Origin: Hydrogenobacter sp.
GTDB taxonomy: Bacteria > Aquificota > Aquificia > Aquificales > Aquificaceae
Direction of reading: 5' to 3'
DNA length: 64,000 nucleotides
Assembly: GCA_023255875.1 (NCBI GenBank)
Contig: JAGDVY010000040.1
Location: forward strand, 70,003-134,002
A model generated the notes under the pieces. It did not search any database and was not told where the DNA came from. It was given only the letters and a program-made list of their open reading frames with translations. Positions 29,940 through 42,033 of this stretch are shown one piece after another. The position numbers and the translations under genes are program-made. Positions within the stretch are counted from its first letter, which is position 1. Each line of letters begins with the position of its first letter.

Positions 29940-31040
29940 ATGGGTCTGAGTGTAGGTATAGTAGGATTACCTAACGTGGGCAAGTCCACGCTTTTTAATG
30001 CCATCACTCAATCCGCCAAGGCTCAAGCAGCTAACTACCCTTTTTGCACCATCGAACCCAATGTGGGAGTGGTGGCAGTACCTGATGAAAGGCTACAGCA
30101 AATAGCAAAGATGGAAAAGTCTAAAAAGATAACGCCCACATTTATTGAGTTTGTGGACATAGCGGGGCTTGTGCGCAATGCCAGTAAAGGTGAAGGTCTT
30201 GGCAATCAGTTTTTGGCTCACATAAGAGAGGTGGACGCTATAGCTATGGTGTTAAGATGCTTTGAAAACCCGGATATAGTTCATGTGGAAGGTAGTGTGG
30301 ACCCAATACGGGATGCGCAGATAATAGACTTAGAGCTCATAGCTAAAGATTTAGAAACCGTTAGCAAAAGGATAGAAAAGGTGGAGAAACTCGCAAAGCT
30401 TGGGGACAAAAAAGCCAAAGAAGAACTTGAAAAACTCCTGCAATTGAAAGAGATCCTTGAGAATTTAGAACCCATCAGAAAACACACCGAACTCCCAGAA
30501 GATACTTTGGAATATGCAAAGAAGACCCTTTTCCTGCTTACTACCAAGCCTGTGCTGTATGTGGCAAATGTGGACGAAGAAGGTCTAAGTGGAAATGCGT
30601 ATGTAAAGCAGGTGATGGATTATGCTAAAAAGGAAAAAGCTCCCGTGGTTGTCATATGTGCCAAGCTTGAGGCTGAACTTATAGAGCTCCCTGAGGAAGA
30701 AAAACTGCAGATGCTTAACGCTTACGGACTTGATGAGCCAGGTCTGAACAAGTTAGTCAGAGAAAGCTATGCCCTGCTTGACCTTATAACCTTCTTTACC
30801 GCTGGTGAGAAAGAGACAAGGGCATGGACGATAAAGAAGGGTACAAAAGCGCCCCAGGCCGCTGGAAAGATCCACTCGGACTTTGAGAGAGGCTTTATAG
30901 CTGCTGAGGTAATAAACTATGAAGAGTACATAAAGGTAGGTTCTATGAGCAAGGCAAAGGAGCTTGGCCTTGTAAGGCTTGAAGGCAAGGATTACCAAAT
31001 AAGAGATGGTGATATAGTGTATTTTAGGTTTAACGTGTGA
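29940..31040 (+). CDS. ychF: Redox-regulated ATPase YchF
   Basis: [39 protein letters not shown]. Confidence 0.98.
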   Translation: MGLSVGIVGLPNVGKSTLFNAITQSAKAQAANYPFCTIEPNVGVVAVPDERLQQIAKMEKSKKITPTFIEFVDIAGLVRNASKGEGLGNQFLAHIREVDAIAMVLRCFENPDIVHVEGSVDPIRDAQIIDLELIAKDLETVSKRIEKVEKLAKLGDKKAKEELEKLLQLKEILENLEPIRKHTELPEDTLEYAKKTLFLLTTKPVLYVANVDEEGLSGNAYVKQVMDYAKKEKAPVVVICAKLEAELIELPEEEKLQMLNAYGLDEPGLNKLVRESYALLDLITFFTAGEKETRAWTIKKGTKAPQAAGKIHSDFERGFIAAEVINYEEYIKVGSMSKAKELGLVRLEGKDYQIRDGDIVYFRFNV

Positions 31041-32073
31041 GTTCTTCTAAGGCAGAGAAAAAGCTTTTCATGATGGCATTCCTTGAAAACTTTCTTTCGT
31101 AAAGATCCCTTGAATTTTTGGATAGCTTTTCCCATTCTTTCACCGCCCTTTTGAGCTTATCAATCAAGTCTTTTGTGTCCCCAGCACGAAACACAAAACC
31201 ATTGTAGCCTTCTTCTACAGCTTCTTTGATCCCGCCCACATCTGAAACCACTAAGGCACATCCACAAGCAAGAGCCTCTATGGCAACCCTTGAAAAAGCT
31301 TCTGTTTCTCTTGATGGTATCACACATATATGCGCCCTTTTGTAGTATTCCTCAACTTTTGGAGTGTATCCTACCGCCCTGATCCTCTTTTCCAAACCCT
31401 TTTGCACTATGTATGAGTCTATTGCTTTTCTTAGACTACCATCGCCCACTATCCACGCTTTGAGGTTAATCTCAGTCTTTGCAAGCTCCTCAAGAGCTTC
31501 CAAAAAGTCCATCACTCCCTTTCCCTGATCCAGCTTTCCCACAAAGAGTATTTCCACTGTATCCTTTTGCTTTTCTGTGTAAAAAAACCTCTCCTCATCC
31601 ACTATGTTGTAAACTACCCTTATTTTTTCCTTGGGTACGCCCTCCTGCACAAGATTTTCTTTGACCTTTTGGCTTACCGCAAGAAACATATCCACATAAG
31701 GAAACACAAACCTTCTTACCATCCACTGCTTCATTCTCTCCATGTGTCTGAAAAAGACCACTTTTGTATTTGCAAACTTACCTGCAAGGAGGGCATTAAC
31801 GTACTCTTTTCCGTTGTTGGCTATCAAAAAGTCTGGTTTTTCCCTTTTTATAATGCGCGCAAGTCTTATAGTGCTTGTAAGAGCCAAACTGTTGGGAAAA
31901 CTTGCGTAGTACTTCTTTACATCATGCACATGTCTGTCCACATAAGAGTTTTTGGCACAAACCAAAAGCACATGCAGGCCTTCCTTTACAAGTTCTTTTA
32001 TCATCTGCACCGTGTGTATTTCAGTGCCCCCAAAATTGGGATTTGGATTTCCATTGAGCCAAACTATCTTCAT
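31030..32073 (-). CDS. GT4 family glycosyltransferase
   Basis: [32 protein letters not shown]. Confidence 0.9.
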   Translation of the reverse strand: MKIVWLNGNPNPNFGGTEIHTVQMIKELVKEGLHVLLVCAKNSYVDRHVHDVKKYYASFPNSLALTSTIRLARIIKREKPDFLIANNGKEYVNALLAGKFANTKVVFFRHMERMKQWMVRRFVFPYVDMFLAVSQKVKENLVQEGVPKEKIRVVYNIVDEERFFYTEKQKDTVEILFVGKLDQGKGVMDFLEALEELAKTEINLKAWIVGDGSLRKAIDSYIVQKGLEKRIRAVGYTPKVEEYYKRAHICVIPSRETEAFSRVAIEALACGCALVVSDVGGIKEAVEEGYNGFVFRAGDTKDLIDKLKRAVKEWEKLSKNSRDLYERKFSRNAIMKSFFSALEELTR

Positions 32074-32747
32074 AGCACAACCTTAAACAAAAACTTAGGG
32101 AGAAAGTCATTTCCAAATACCGTGATCCTTCTTATCTCAAAAAGGTTAGGACTTTCCAAAACAGAGCCGTGTTTTGTGGTAAAAGCCATAAGATAGCCAG
32201 CCTCTGCCACCATATCCCTAACTTCTTGGTTATAGTCTCCGTAAGGATAACAAAAGGTTTTTACTTCTACTCCCAGCTTGTCCTCAAGGATTTTTTTTGA
32301 GTCTTCTATCTCTCTTCTTGCGGTTTCTTTGGGTATCTGAGAGAGGTACGGATGCGTCAGACTGTGCGAGCCTATCTCTATGCCTGCACTCACAAGCTCC
32401 CTGAGGTGTTGCCAATCCATTAGGGTTTTTTTCACCATTAGCTTTTGGTAATCCCACTCGTTGAACCTACCCACAAGACCAGCAGGCACAAAGACAAGCG
32501 CAGGTATTCCTTCCTGCTTTAAGAAAGGAAAGGCATTTTCCCAAAAGTCTAGATACGCATCATCAAAGGTAAGAAGCACACCTCTGCCTTTTGGACTTTT
32601 AAGCAGGTCATCGCTTCTTAAAAATTCGTATCCCAAAAGTTTAAGAGCTTTTATCTGCTTCCTAAAGTCTTGTGGCTTGACATACAAAGTTTTGAGTTTT
32701 GCGGATTTTGGTGGTGTTCCTATGTTGTGGTAGGTGAGCACTTTCAT
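32070..32747 (-). CDS. Polysaccharide deacetylase (CE4)
   Basis: LTYH, LTFDDAY, EIGSHSLTH, FCYPYG. Confidence 0.92.
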   Translation of the reverse strand: MKVLTYHNIGTPPKSAKLKTLYVKPQDFRKQIKALKLLGYEFLRSDDLLKSPKGRGVLLTFDDAYLDFWENAFPFLKQEGIPALVFVPAGLVGRFNEWDYQKLMVKKTLMDWQHLRELVSAGIEIGSHSLTHPYLSQIPKETARREIEDSKKILEDKLGVEVKTFCYPYGDYNQEVRDMVAEAGYLMAFTTKHGSVLESPNLFEIRRITVFGNDFLPKFLFKVVL

Positions 32748-32756
32748 ACTTATCCA

Positions 32757-33914
32757 TCAACCGTAGGCAGTTTCATAAAGCCTGTATATGTCTTCTGGTG
32801 TAGGTTCTACAGGGTTTAGCTGGAAAGAGTGCCATGAAAGCATGCAAACATCTTCCGTTAGTTTTTCTATGCTTTCCTTTTTAACACCAAGGGATCTAAG
32901 GCTTGGGGTTAGATCTACGCTTTTCAGAAGATTTAGTACCGCATCTACCGCTTTTGATGCCTTTCTTTCATACCCCATCGCTTCCGCAAAAAGTTCGTAC
33001 TTTTCTGGGTTTCCTCCGTAGTTGAACTCGGTTATGACAACCGCCAAGGCAGCAAGACCTTCTCCATGAGCCACATTAGGATAGTGAGCGGATACAGGAT
33101 GTTCCATAGCGTGTATGAGAGCCACTCTCTTTTTGTCTATGGCAATACCTGCAAGCATAGATGCATAACTCATCATCTCTCTGGCTTTCATGTTCTCGGG
33201 GTCTTTCACCGCTATAGGTAGCCACTCCTTTATTATTCTGATAGCTCTTATAGCAAGCTCATCTGCCATAGGGTTATACGCTCTGTTAGTAAAGGATTCA
33301 AGAGCGTGTATAAAAGCGTCTATACCTGTGATGGCAGTAAGGCGCGGGGACATGGTTTTTGTAAGTGCTGGGTCCACAATAGCCACCTTTGGATAATTAA
33401 GTGAGTGTGAAATAACAAGCTTTTCCTTTCTAATGGGATTAGATATTACAGAGTACCTATTTACTTCGCTACCTGTGCCAGCGGTTGTGGGTATGCATAT
33501 AACCGGTCTGTTCAAGAAAGGGATAAGCCTTGGTCCTTCTGGATAATTCACATAATCCCATGCGTATCCTTCGTTAGAAGAGACTATAGATACAGCCTTT
33601 GCCACATCCAAAGAACTTCCACCACCAAGACCTATAATAAAATCCACCTTTTCTTTTACAGCTATCTGACTTGCCTCATTTACCTGCTTATCTGTAGGAT
33701 TGGGCTCTATACCATCAAAAATTAGGATGTCCCTTATACCTGCTCTTTCAAGGGATTCCACTACCCTATCAAGAGCACCACTTTCCTTTGCACTTTTCCT
33801 TCCGGTAATTATCATAGCCTTAAAGCCAAAACGCCTGGCTATATTTCCTACCTTTTCCACACTGCCTGTACCAAAGATGATCTCTACCGGAAGGTAGAAA
33901 TCAAAGGTGTTCAT
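32757..33914 (-). CDS. Iron-containing alcohol dehydrogenase
   Basis: GGGSSLDVAK, PTTAGTGSE, DAFIHALE, HAMEH, AHG. Confidence 0.93.
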   Translation of the reverse strand: MNTFDFYLPVEIIFGTGSVEKVGNIARRFGFKAMIITGRKSAKESGALDRVVESLERAGIRDILIFDGIEPNPTDKQVNEASQIAVKEKVDFIIGLGGGSSLDVAKAVSIVSSNEGYAWDYVNYPEGPRLIPFLNRPVICIPTTAGTGSEVNRYSVISNPIRKEKLVISHSLNYPKVAIVDPALTKTMSPRLTAITGIDAFIHALESFTNRAYNPMADELAIRAIRIIKEWLPIAVKDPENMKAREMMSYASMLAGIAIDKKRVALIHAMEHPVSAHYPNVAHGEGLAALAVVITEFNYGGNPEKYELFAEAMGYERKASKAVDAVLNLLKSVDLTPSLRSLGVKKESIEKLTEDVCMLSWHSFQLNPVEPTPEDIYRLYETAYG

Positions 33915-34354
33915 GCTTCAGTTATGTCTTCTCTTTGTATTTCCATCTCCTCAGGTATAGTAGCGTCAAAGGTAATAGCAGGATATGTGGGAGCTATACC
34001 TTCTTCTTCTACCTTTTCTGCGCAGTGAGCGTGATAGCGCGTCCAAGGTATGGCTTGCAATCTCTCAATGGGAATCTCCTCACCGCAGTATTCACATATA
34101 CCGTAAGTTCCCGCATCCATCTTCTGCAGTGCATAATCTATTTCTCTAAGTAAGAAAATCTCTCTGGTAGATAGGTTGTCCAAAAGTTCCTGAGTGTAAG
34201 TCATTTGGCTAATATCCTCAAGGTCTCCGGGCTCTTTTACCTCTTCCCCTATTCTCGCTTGCGTATCTTCTTTTTTGCGATACCTTTCTAAGATTTTAGC
34301 TTTCTCTTCAAGCAATTTAGCTCTGAGGCTTTCAAGTACTTCTTTTGGAAGCAT
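33911..34354 (-). CDS. DksA/TraR family protein
   Basis: Coiled coil with GDLED tip, GTYGICEYCGEEIP.ERL..P, second ligand pair HAHC. Confidence 0.88.
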   Translation of the reverse strand: MLPKEVLESLRAKLLEEKAKILERYRKKEDTQARIGEEVKEPGDLEDISQMTYTQELLDNLSTREIFLLREIDYALQKMDAGTYGICEYCGEEIPIERLQAIPWTRYHAHCAEKVEEEGIAPTYPAITFDATIPEEMEIQREDITEA

Positions 34355-34426
34355 ACCTTCCTACCTCCTTTATTTTAAAGCTTTAAAATATAACCTGCAC
34401 TAAGATTAAGTCAAGCTCTGCCAAGT

Positions 34427-34452
34427 CTGTTTGAAAAATAGCAAAAGAGCTT
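34427..34452 (+). repeat. Partial copy of repeat family B
   Basis: CTGTTTGAAAAATAGCAAAAGAGCTT matches 45875-45900 at 25 of 26 nt. Confidence 0.6.
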
Positions 34453-34460
34453 AAAAACTC

Positions 34461-34489
34461 TTGACATAGGAATTTTTGTGTGTTAAGAT
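34461..34489 (+). promoter_or_regulatory. Sigma70-type promoter of the porin gene
   Basis: TTGACA-17 nt-TAAGAT. Confidence 0.6.
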
Positions 34490-34524
34490 ATAACTTATCA
34501 AATTCTTTAAAGGAGGGTAATAAC

Positions 34525-35889
34525 ATGAGGAAAAGCCTCTTGGCAATGGCAGCCCTGATGGGAGCAACAGTTTTGCCTTCTCAGGGAGCAGTCATCAGAG
34601 TTGACGAAGATACCTTTGCCAACGTGGGACTAAAGCTCCAAATATGGGCACAGCACTTGGGGAAGACAAGGAGCAAAGTTGATACTACTGGTAAGTTTCC
34701 TAATCTTCCTTCTAATTATAATGAGAAAAACTACACCGACTTCTCCATCAACAATGCCAGGATTTACTTCAACGGTCAAGTGAATAAGCTGATCCAATTT
34801 GGTGCAAACTTGGACTTTCATGTTCACGATGTGAGGGGTAGTAATAATAATGTATTGTCTGGTAGAACTTTCCACCAAGGAACAGCAACATCAAGAGTTA
34901 ACGACGCCTTCATAAACTTCAAATTCATGGAAGAGTTCCAGATCATGGCAGGTCTCTACAGGCTACCCTTTAGCAGAGCATCACTAACAGACGAATACAC
35001 ATACCTTATTCCTACTGGATATGGCTATAGTGTCAGAAGTGATATCTCTAAGATAACGGTAGAGGATAAGAATAATAATATAAAAGACGAATACTATCTA
35101 TCCCCTCGTAATGCGTTTTTACCCTTTACCATAGGGTCTAACGTAGACAACCCTTACAGGGATGCAGGTCTTACCGTATGGGGTAATATAGCGGACGGCA
35201 TGATCAAGTATCAGCTTGGCATCTTTGATGGAAGCTTTGACCATACTAATAGTGTTTCGGGTGTAAAGGACAACCTTGCCTTCTCTGGAAGGATACAGTT
35301 CACACCCACCATGCTGGGCTTCAAGGGTGAAAAGGGCTATACCCTTGCTGACACTTACCTTGGAAAGCAAAATGTCCTCACCATAGGTCTTGGCTACAAT
35401 ACCCAAAAGTGGGATGATGACAGTGGAAACTCAGGCACCGCAAAGGCGTGGACAGTGGACGTCATGTGGGAGCAAAAGTTTGGAGACATAGTACCCAACC
35501 TCCAGCTTGGCTACATAGACAGGAAGGATATGCCTATGGTATATGTATATACAGATCCTAAACAAAACCAACCAGAAATAAAAGTATATAAAGTCAAAGA
35601 CAAAGCTTACTATGTACAGGCTCAGCTCCTCTACGATCAAGTGGTTGGAATAGGAAAGCCTGCCCTTGCCATAAGGTACGAAAAGCTTGATGACAGGTCA
35701 CCTGCTAATATGGACACCCACAGAACTGGTGTGTTCTTCAACTACTACATAAAGGGTCAGGACGCCAAGATTCAATTGGGTGTTGATGTTGTAAATCTCA
35801 AGAACAAGGCCGTTTATAAAGACGGCGATGATTATTATAAAGAGAAGAACTACACTGACTGGACATTGGCACTTCAAGTTCAGTTCTAA
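34525..35889 (+). CDS. Outer-membrane porin (OprO/P- or ExtI-like beta-barrel)
   Basis: SD GGAGG before ATG 34525, signal peptide, alternating beta-strands, C-terminal WTLALQVQF. Confidence 0.8.
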   Translation: MRKSLLAMAALMGATVLPSQGAVIRVDEDTFANVGLKLQIWAQHLGKTRSKVDTTGKFPNLPSNYNEKNYTDFSINNARIYFNGQVNKLIQFGANLDFHVHDVRGSNNNVLSGRTFHQGTATSRVNDAFINFKFMEEFQIMAGLYRLPFSRASLTDEYTYLIPTGYGYSVRSDISKITVEDKNNNIKDEYYLSPRNAFLPFTIGSNVDNPYRDAGLTVWGNIADGMIKYQLGIFDGSFDHTNSVSGVKDNLAFSGRIQFTPTMLGFKGEKGYTLADTYLGKQNVLTIGLGYNTQKWDDDSGNSGTAKAWTVDVMWEQKFGDIVPNLQLGYIDRKDMPMVYVYTDPKQNQPEIKVYKVKDKAYYVQAQLLYDQVVGIGKPALAIRYEKLDDRSPANMDTHRTGVFFNYYIKGQDAKIQLGVDVVNLKNKAVYKDGDDYYKEKNYTDWTLALQVQF

Positions 35890-35909
35890 GCTATCTTAGA
35901 ACTCCCTTA

Positions 35910-35934
35910 GCCCCGCAGGTTGCGGGGTTTTTTT
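35910..35934 (+). terminator. Rho-independent terminator
   Basis: GCCCCGC-AGGTT-GCGGGGT hairpin followed by a T run. Confidence 0.85.
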
Positions 35935-35978
35935 ATTTTTCTTTCATTTTTAATGCCTAAGGCATATCTTATAAATTC

Positions 35979-36824
35979 ATGCTATACAAGGAGCTAACTC
36001 GGCAGACTCAGGAAGACATAAAAAGGTACTTTCAAGAGAAGGACTATATGGTCATAGCGGTTCCAAGGCACGAAGCCATAAGGGTCTATACCCTTAGAGC
36101 CACACAAAGTGTAGAAACCGCAAGAAGGATACACGGTCTTGACAGAGAAAGAGCGGAGGTTTTAGGGTATGCGCTCTTGTCCGCCTTACTACTTACTTCT
36201 TTGCTTAAGCACGCCACAAACCAAAAGGTGCTTTTAAAACTGAACCTTCATGATGGAGTTGTGGTTGCAGAAGCAGATGCAATGGGAAGGGTAAGGGGTT
36301 TTGTTGAGGGAAGTTTGGAAAAACCTTGGACAGGCACTCTTACTGTGGTGAAAGAGCTGAGACTTGGCACACCCTACACAAGCGTAGTTCCCATAGTGAG
36401 CGATAACCTAAAGGACAACTTGCTTTATTACTTTGAACAGTCCGAACAGATAAAAACCGCCTTGGACATGTTTATAGCTTTTGATGAGGAAGGAAAGGTA
36501 AAGATGGCAAGCGCTTATCTTTTACAGGCATTGGGTGGAGCGGAAGAGCCATCCATCACCTTTGTTGAGGAAAGTATGAGAAGGTCCGTTGATATGGGAG
36601 CAAGACCAGAGGATATGGCACTTAGTATCCTTGAGGGTAAAGAACCAAGGCTTATAGGACTCAAAGAGATAGAGTATTACTGTCCGTGCAACGAAGAGAT
36701 AGCTAGAGCAAGCCTTTTCTTGCTTGAAGAGGAGGAGCTTGAGGAGATACTAAGCGATGGTCCTGCGGAAGTAGTTTGTAAGTTCTGCGGTAGGATTTAT
36801 CGCTTTACCAAAGATATGCTATAA
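35979..36824 (+). CDS. hslO: Hsp33 redox chaperone
   Basis: YFEQSEQI; C-terminal CPC..CKFC zinc motif. Confidence 0.92.
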   Translation: MLYKELTRQTQEDIKRYFQEKDYMVIAVPRHEAIRVYTLRATQSVETARRIHGLDRERAEVLGYALLSALLLTSLLKHATNQKVLLKLNLHDGVVVAEADAMGRVRGFVEGSLEKPWTGTLTVVKELRLGTPYTSVVPIVSDNLKDNLLYYFEQSEQIKTALDMFIAFDEEGKVKMASAYLLQALGGAEEPSITFVEESMRRSVDMGARPEDMALSILEGKEPRLIGLKEIEYYCPCNEEIARASLFLLEEEELEEILSDGPAEVVCKFCGRIYRFTKDML

Positions 36825-36853
36825 TAATCTAACATTGGGTGTGAAACAGTGGC

Positions 36854-36882
36854 TTGATTTTTTAATTAAGTTTGGTTATACT
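36854..36882 (+). promoter_or_regulatory. Sigma70-type promoter of rpsB-tsf-pyrH
   Basis: TTGATT-17 nt-TATACT. Confidence 0.55.
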
Positions 36883-36888
36883 CAATCT

Positions 36889-37103
36889 ACTATGAACAAA
36901 GCATTAATCTTGGCGTGTAAGACAAAATCCAAGCCCTATATGGGTGAGGATACTCCTGCAAGGTTTCCGTCCCTGCAGGTGCTTACACGCCTAAGACTTG
37001 TTAAGGCTTTCTACCTTAAGCTAAAGGGTTTGCTTAAATGCGTAAGTGCGGATAAGATGGTTAGGAAAAATGGGACGGTGGCAAAACCCAAGGAGGTTAT
37101 AGT
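36889..37103 (+). promoter_or_regulatory. Long structured rpsB 5' leader
   Basis: CCTGCA/TGCAGG, CCGTCCC/GGGACGG and GCTTAC(A)CGC/GCGTAAGT complementarities. Confidence 0.45.
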
Positions 37104-37934
37104 ATGGCAGTGATTTCTATGAGAGATCTGCTTGAGGCAGGTGTACACTTTGGACACTCCAAAGGTAGATGGAATCCCAAAATGGCACCTTTTCTTTATG
37201 GTGTCAGGAACGGGATACACATCATTGATCTCAACAAGACAGTGATCTATCTGGAACAGGCTTATAACTTTGTTGCGGACAGAGTGGCAGAAGGTGCAGA
37301 GATACTCTTTGTAGGCACAAAAAAACAGGCAAAGGATGTCATAAAAGAGGAGGCAGAAAGAGCTGGAGTGCCATATGTAAATGAGAGATGGGTAGGAGGT
37401 CTTCTTACCAACTTCAGAACCGTCAAAAAGAGCATTCTCAAACTGAAAACCTTTGAGAGAATGGAAGCGGAAGGAGTTTTTGATGTTTTGCCCAAAAAAG
37501 AAGTGCGTATGATGAAAAGAAAGATGGAGCGCTTAAGGAAGCTATACGGCGGTATCCTAAACATGGAGAGAATCCCTGACATTATTTGGATAGTAGATAC
37601 AGTAAGGGAACACATAGCGGTGCAAGAAGCCAAAAAGCTGGGTATCACCGTAGTAGCCATAGCGGACTCCAACTGTGATCCAGATGTGATAGATTACCCT
37701 GTGCCTGGCAATGATGATGCTATAAAATCCATAAAGCTTCTCACTTCCAAGATAGCAGATGCGGTTATAGAAGGAAAGCAAAGAAGAGAAAGACTTGGAG
37801 AAGGAGCACCTGTAGAGGTGGTAAGAAGGAGAGTTATCACCGTAGAGGAAGAGGAAAAGGCTCTCTTTGAGAAAGCTATGGAGATGTCCGAAAAGTACGA
37901 ATACATAGACAAGGGTGCAGAAGAAGTAGAATAA
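37104..37934 (+). CDS. rpsB: 30S ribosomal protein S2
   Basis: [29 protein letters not shown]. Confidence 0.98.
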   Translation: MAVISMRDLLEAGVHFGHSKGRWNPKMAPFLYGVRNGIHIIDLNKTVIYLEQAYNFVADRVAEGAEILFVGTKKQAKDVIKEEAERAGVPYVNERWVGGLLTNFRTVKKSILKLKTFERMEAEGVFDVLPKKEVRMMKRKMERLRKLYGGILNMERIPDIIWIVDTVREHIAVQEAKKLGITVVAIADSNCDPDVIDYPVPGNDDAIKSIKLLTSKIADAVIEGKQRRERLGEGAPVEVVRRRVITVEEEEKALFEKAMEMSEKYEYIDKGAEEVE

Positions 37935-37947
37935 CGGAGGTGAAAAA

Positions 37948-39526
<1,579 letters not shown>

Positions 39527-39563
39527 GAAAAGAGAATAATACCCACAAATCTCTGTCTGAGTG

Positions 39564-40307
39564 TTAAAGAACTGCCTCATTTTTCCTCCTTGAGGTTATC
39601 ATGTGTTGCAGTAAGAAAAGGAGAGCAAATATTCCTAAAGCTGTAAGAGATGCGGAAAGTCTGTCCAAAGCTAATCCTCCATTGGGTTTGGTGAGAAAGT
39701 CTCCAAAAGTAGCTCCAAAAGGTCTTGTAAATATAAAGGCTATCCAAAAGAGGATATCATCGTAGCCCTTTATTAGGAAGTGAAGTAGTGCGGTAATGCC
39801 TATTATGGCAAGGGTTAGCATGGATGCGCTCAAAAAGTGAAGTCCCATGTTGTCAGTGAGGAAATCTCCAAAAGCTGTGCCCAAGGAGTTGGAAAATAGG
39901 ACAGCTGTCCAGAATAGGTATTCTTTAAAAGAGTCATTCATAGGGTGTATGTGAAGGCTTTTGTACTTAGCGTACCAAAGACCAAGTGTGATAGCAAGGC
40001 ACGAGAAAAGAAGCAGACTTCCCTTTAAGTATCCTAAGTGGAAGGTCCTGTCTATCATGTCTGAGATTTCTGTGCCCACGGTGGTGGTGGAGATAATAAG
40101 AAGCCAGAAAAGTAGAGCGTTATATCCTTTCACTACTTTGGCATAAAGAAACATAGCCAGTAAAAAAATGCTTGCGGTTATGCCAAAACTAACTCTGTAG
40201 CCAAGGTTAAGAGACATGGAAAGATAGTCTCCAAACATCTCTCCTAGCGTAGTAGCCACTATCTTCATAAGCCAAAAAAACAGCGTGATCTGAGGTATCT
40301 TATCCAT
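39564..40307 (-). CDS. COG4705 / DUF347-repeat membrane protein
   Basis: KIPQIT.FFW..KI.ATT.GE..GD; repeated FW.A..F...LG...GDF; SD GGAGG. Confidence 0.85.
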   Translation of the reverse strand: MDKIPQITLFFWLMKIVATTLGEMFGDYLSMSLNLGYRVSFGITASIFLLAMFLYAKVVKGYNALLFWLLIISTTTVGTEISDMIDRTFHLGYLKGSLLLFSCLAITLGLWYAKYKSLHIHPMNDSFKEYLFWTAVLFSNSLGTAFGDFLTDNMGLHFLSASMLTLAIIGITALLHFLIKGYDDILFWIAFIFTRPFGATFGDFLTKPNGGLALDRLSASLTALGIFALLFLLQHMITSRRKNEAVL

Positions 40308-40354
40308 CTCAAAACCTCCTTTTAAAGAGCGCCCCGCATGGGGCACAAAAATAA

Positions 40355-40654
40355 TCAATCTTCCTCCGCATCTTCTTCGTCCTTTTCCACCTTTACCACC
40401 TTACCGTTTTGTGCATCCACCTTTACATCGTGGATTTCAGAGCCTTTGGCGATCTTAACCCCATACACGAGCTTTCCATCCTCATCTTCCAGTTCGTAGC
40501 CTAACACATTACCCTGAACGGAAGACTTAGCGATGTTGATGGCTTCCTGCGGGCTTATGCGCGCATCCGCAGGATTAGGGATCTTACCCTCTTCCGCAAG
40601 GGCAAAAGAGAAGACTGCCACCGCTGTGGCTCCTGCCAAAAGCAATTTCCTCAT
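40355..40654 (-). CDS. Secreted PepSY-domain protein
   Basis: SD GGAGG, signal peptide, ISPQEAINIA, ELEDEDGKLVY.V, VDAQNGKV. Confidence 0.88.
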   Translation of the reverse strand: MRKLLLAGATAVAVFSFALAEEGKIPNPADARISPQEAINIAKSSVQGNVLGYELEDEDGKLVYGVKIAKGSEIHDVKVDAQNGKVVKVEKDEEDAEED

Positions 40655-40700
40655 GGCTACACCTCCTTGAAAGTATTTGTGATTATGATAGGGACTCAAT

Positions 40701-40738
40701 ATTAACCTTGACTTAAAGGTATCTGAACACAAGCTTAA
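40701..40738 (-). promoter_or_regulatory. Four phased direct repeats (OmpR/PmrA-type operator)
   Basis: Minus strand TTAAG-N6-TTCAG-N6-TTAAG-N6-TTAAT, exact 11-bp period, upstream of a -10-like TATCATAAT. Confidence 0.65.
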
Positions 40739-42033
40739 AAATTTTTGGTACAGACTTCCACAGAAGTTCCTTTATTGGGAATACTGTGTATGTGCATGTG
40801 CCAACCCATTATCTGCACTATAGCCCTACTTATACTTAGTCCAAGTCCTGATCCTTCCTCTTGCTTTGCCTGTTCAGACCTATAAAAAGGCTCAAAAACT
40901 CTCTTAAGATCCTCTTCAGATATTCCAATGCCTTGATCTTCTATAACAAGACATGCATCACGCTTATATATGCGTATAGTCCCACCAGTAAAGCTGTACT
41001 TTATAGCGTTTTCTATCAGGTTGCTAAGGAGTGAGCGTACAAGCTCATAATCACCTTCAACTTCAAAGCTATCTTGAAAGATCTCTACCTTTAAATTTTT
41101 ACTTTTCACCAATTGACTAAACTCTTCCAAAATGTCCATAACCAAATCTCTCAATTCAAGTTTTTCTTTCCTAAGTTCCACACTTTGCGCTTCTAATCTG
41201 TAAAGTAGTAGAAGCTTTTCTATAGTCTTAGTGGCTCTATCTACAGCATCCCTGATGCTAAGCAAAAACTCCCGCATCTCAACTGGTTTTCTGTGTTTTG
41301 ACAAAGCTAAATCTGCTGATGTTCGTATTATAGATAAAGGAGTTTTAAGCTCGTGAGAAAGATGGTAGAAGAAGAACTTTTGAGTGTTAAGATATGTGCT
41401 TAGTCGCTCTACCAAGCGGTTATAGGATTCCACTATGGGCTTTAGTTCAGAAGGTACGCGCTCATCTAAAGCTTCAAGTTTGGTAGGATCACTTTCTTTT
41501 ATCCTCTGAGCAAGCCTTCTTACTACTCTAAAAGAAAGATGCCATAGAGGATAAGCTATTAAAGTGTATAAAGACAAAAGGGTAAACCAACCTACAATAA
41601 ATTTTCTAGAAAACTCCTCAGAAAGGGCTCTTTTATCACTTATGTCTTTGTAAACCACTATATAGTAATTACTGTACTTATTACCGTAGCCAGCAAACTG
41701 CCTACCATTAATCTCAAAAAGGAAAAGTCCATACCCTGAAGGAAAATTAAGCACACTTTTGTCGGGTTGAAGCTCCACAGGTTTTCCATCTTTTAGAACT
41801 TTTAGGAAATTACCCGTGCCTTTGCGGAAGTTTACCATGATCTCCTCATCGTACTGAAAATCTTCTTCTTGCACCAAAGAAGCTACAGACTGCCACATAA
41901 CAGACAATGAGGAGTTTATCTCTTGTGTTATTACACTCTTTAGCGCTAATTGCGTAAAAAAGTAAACAAGAAAGAAAGCACTGAAAAAAAGTAGAAGAAA
42001 AACGAGATAAACTCGTAAAAATAGACTTTTCAT
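40735..42033 (-). CDS. Sensor histidine kinase (2 TM, HisKA-HATPase)
   Basis: SHELKTPL, NLIENAIKY, DQGIGI, GSGLGL. Confidence 0.95.
   Translation of the reverse strand: MKSLFLRVYLVFLLLFFSAFFLVYFFTQLALKSVITQEINSSLSVMWQSVASLVQEEDFQYDEEIMVNFRKGTGNFLKVLKDGKPVELQPDKSVLNFPSGYGLFLFEINGRQFAGYGNKYSNYYIVVYKDISDKRALSEEFSRKFIVGWFTLLSLYTLIAYPLWHLSFRVVRRLAQRIKESDPTKLEALDERVPSELKPIVESYNRLVERLSTYLNTQKFFFYHLSHELKTPLSIIRTSADLALSKHRKPVEMREFLLSIRDAVDRATKTIEKLLLLYRLEAQSVELRKEKLELRDLVMDILEEFSQLVKSKNLKVEIFQDSFEVEGDYELVRSLLSNLIENAIKYSFTGGTIRIYKRDACLVIEDQGIGISEEDLKRVFEPFYRSEQAKQEEGSGLGLSISRAIVQIMGWHMHIHSIPNKGTSVEVCTKNF

Noticed and set aside
36835-37113. 92-aa ORF upstream of rpsB
   Set aside because: No SD or recognisable motif; overlaps a promoter and base-paired leader, so better explained as UTR.
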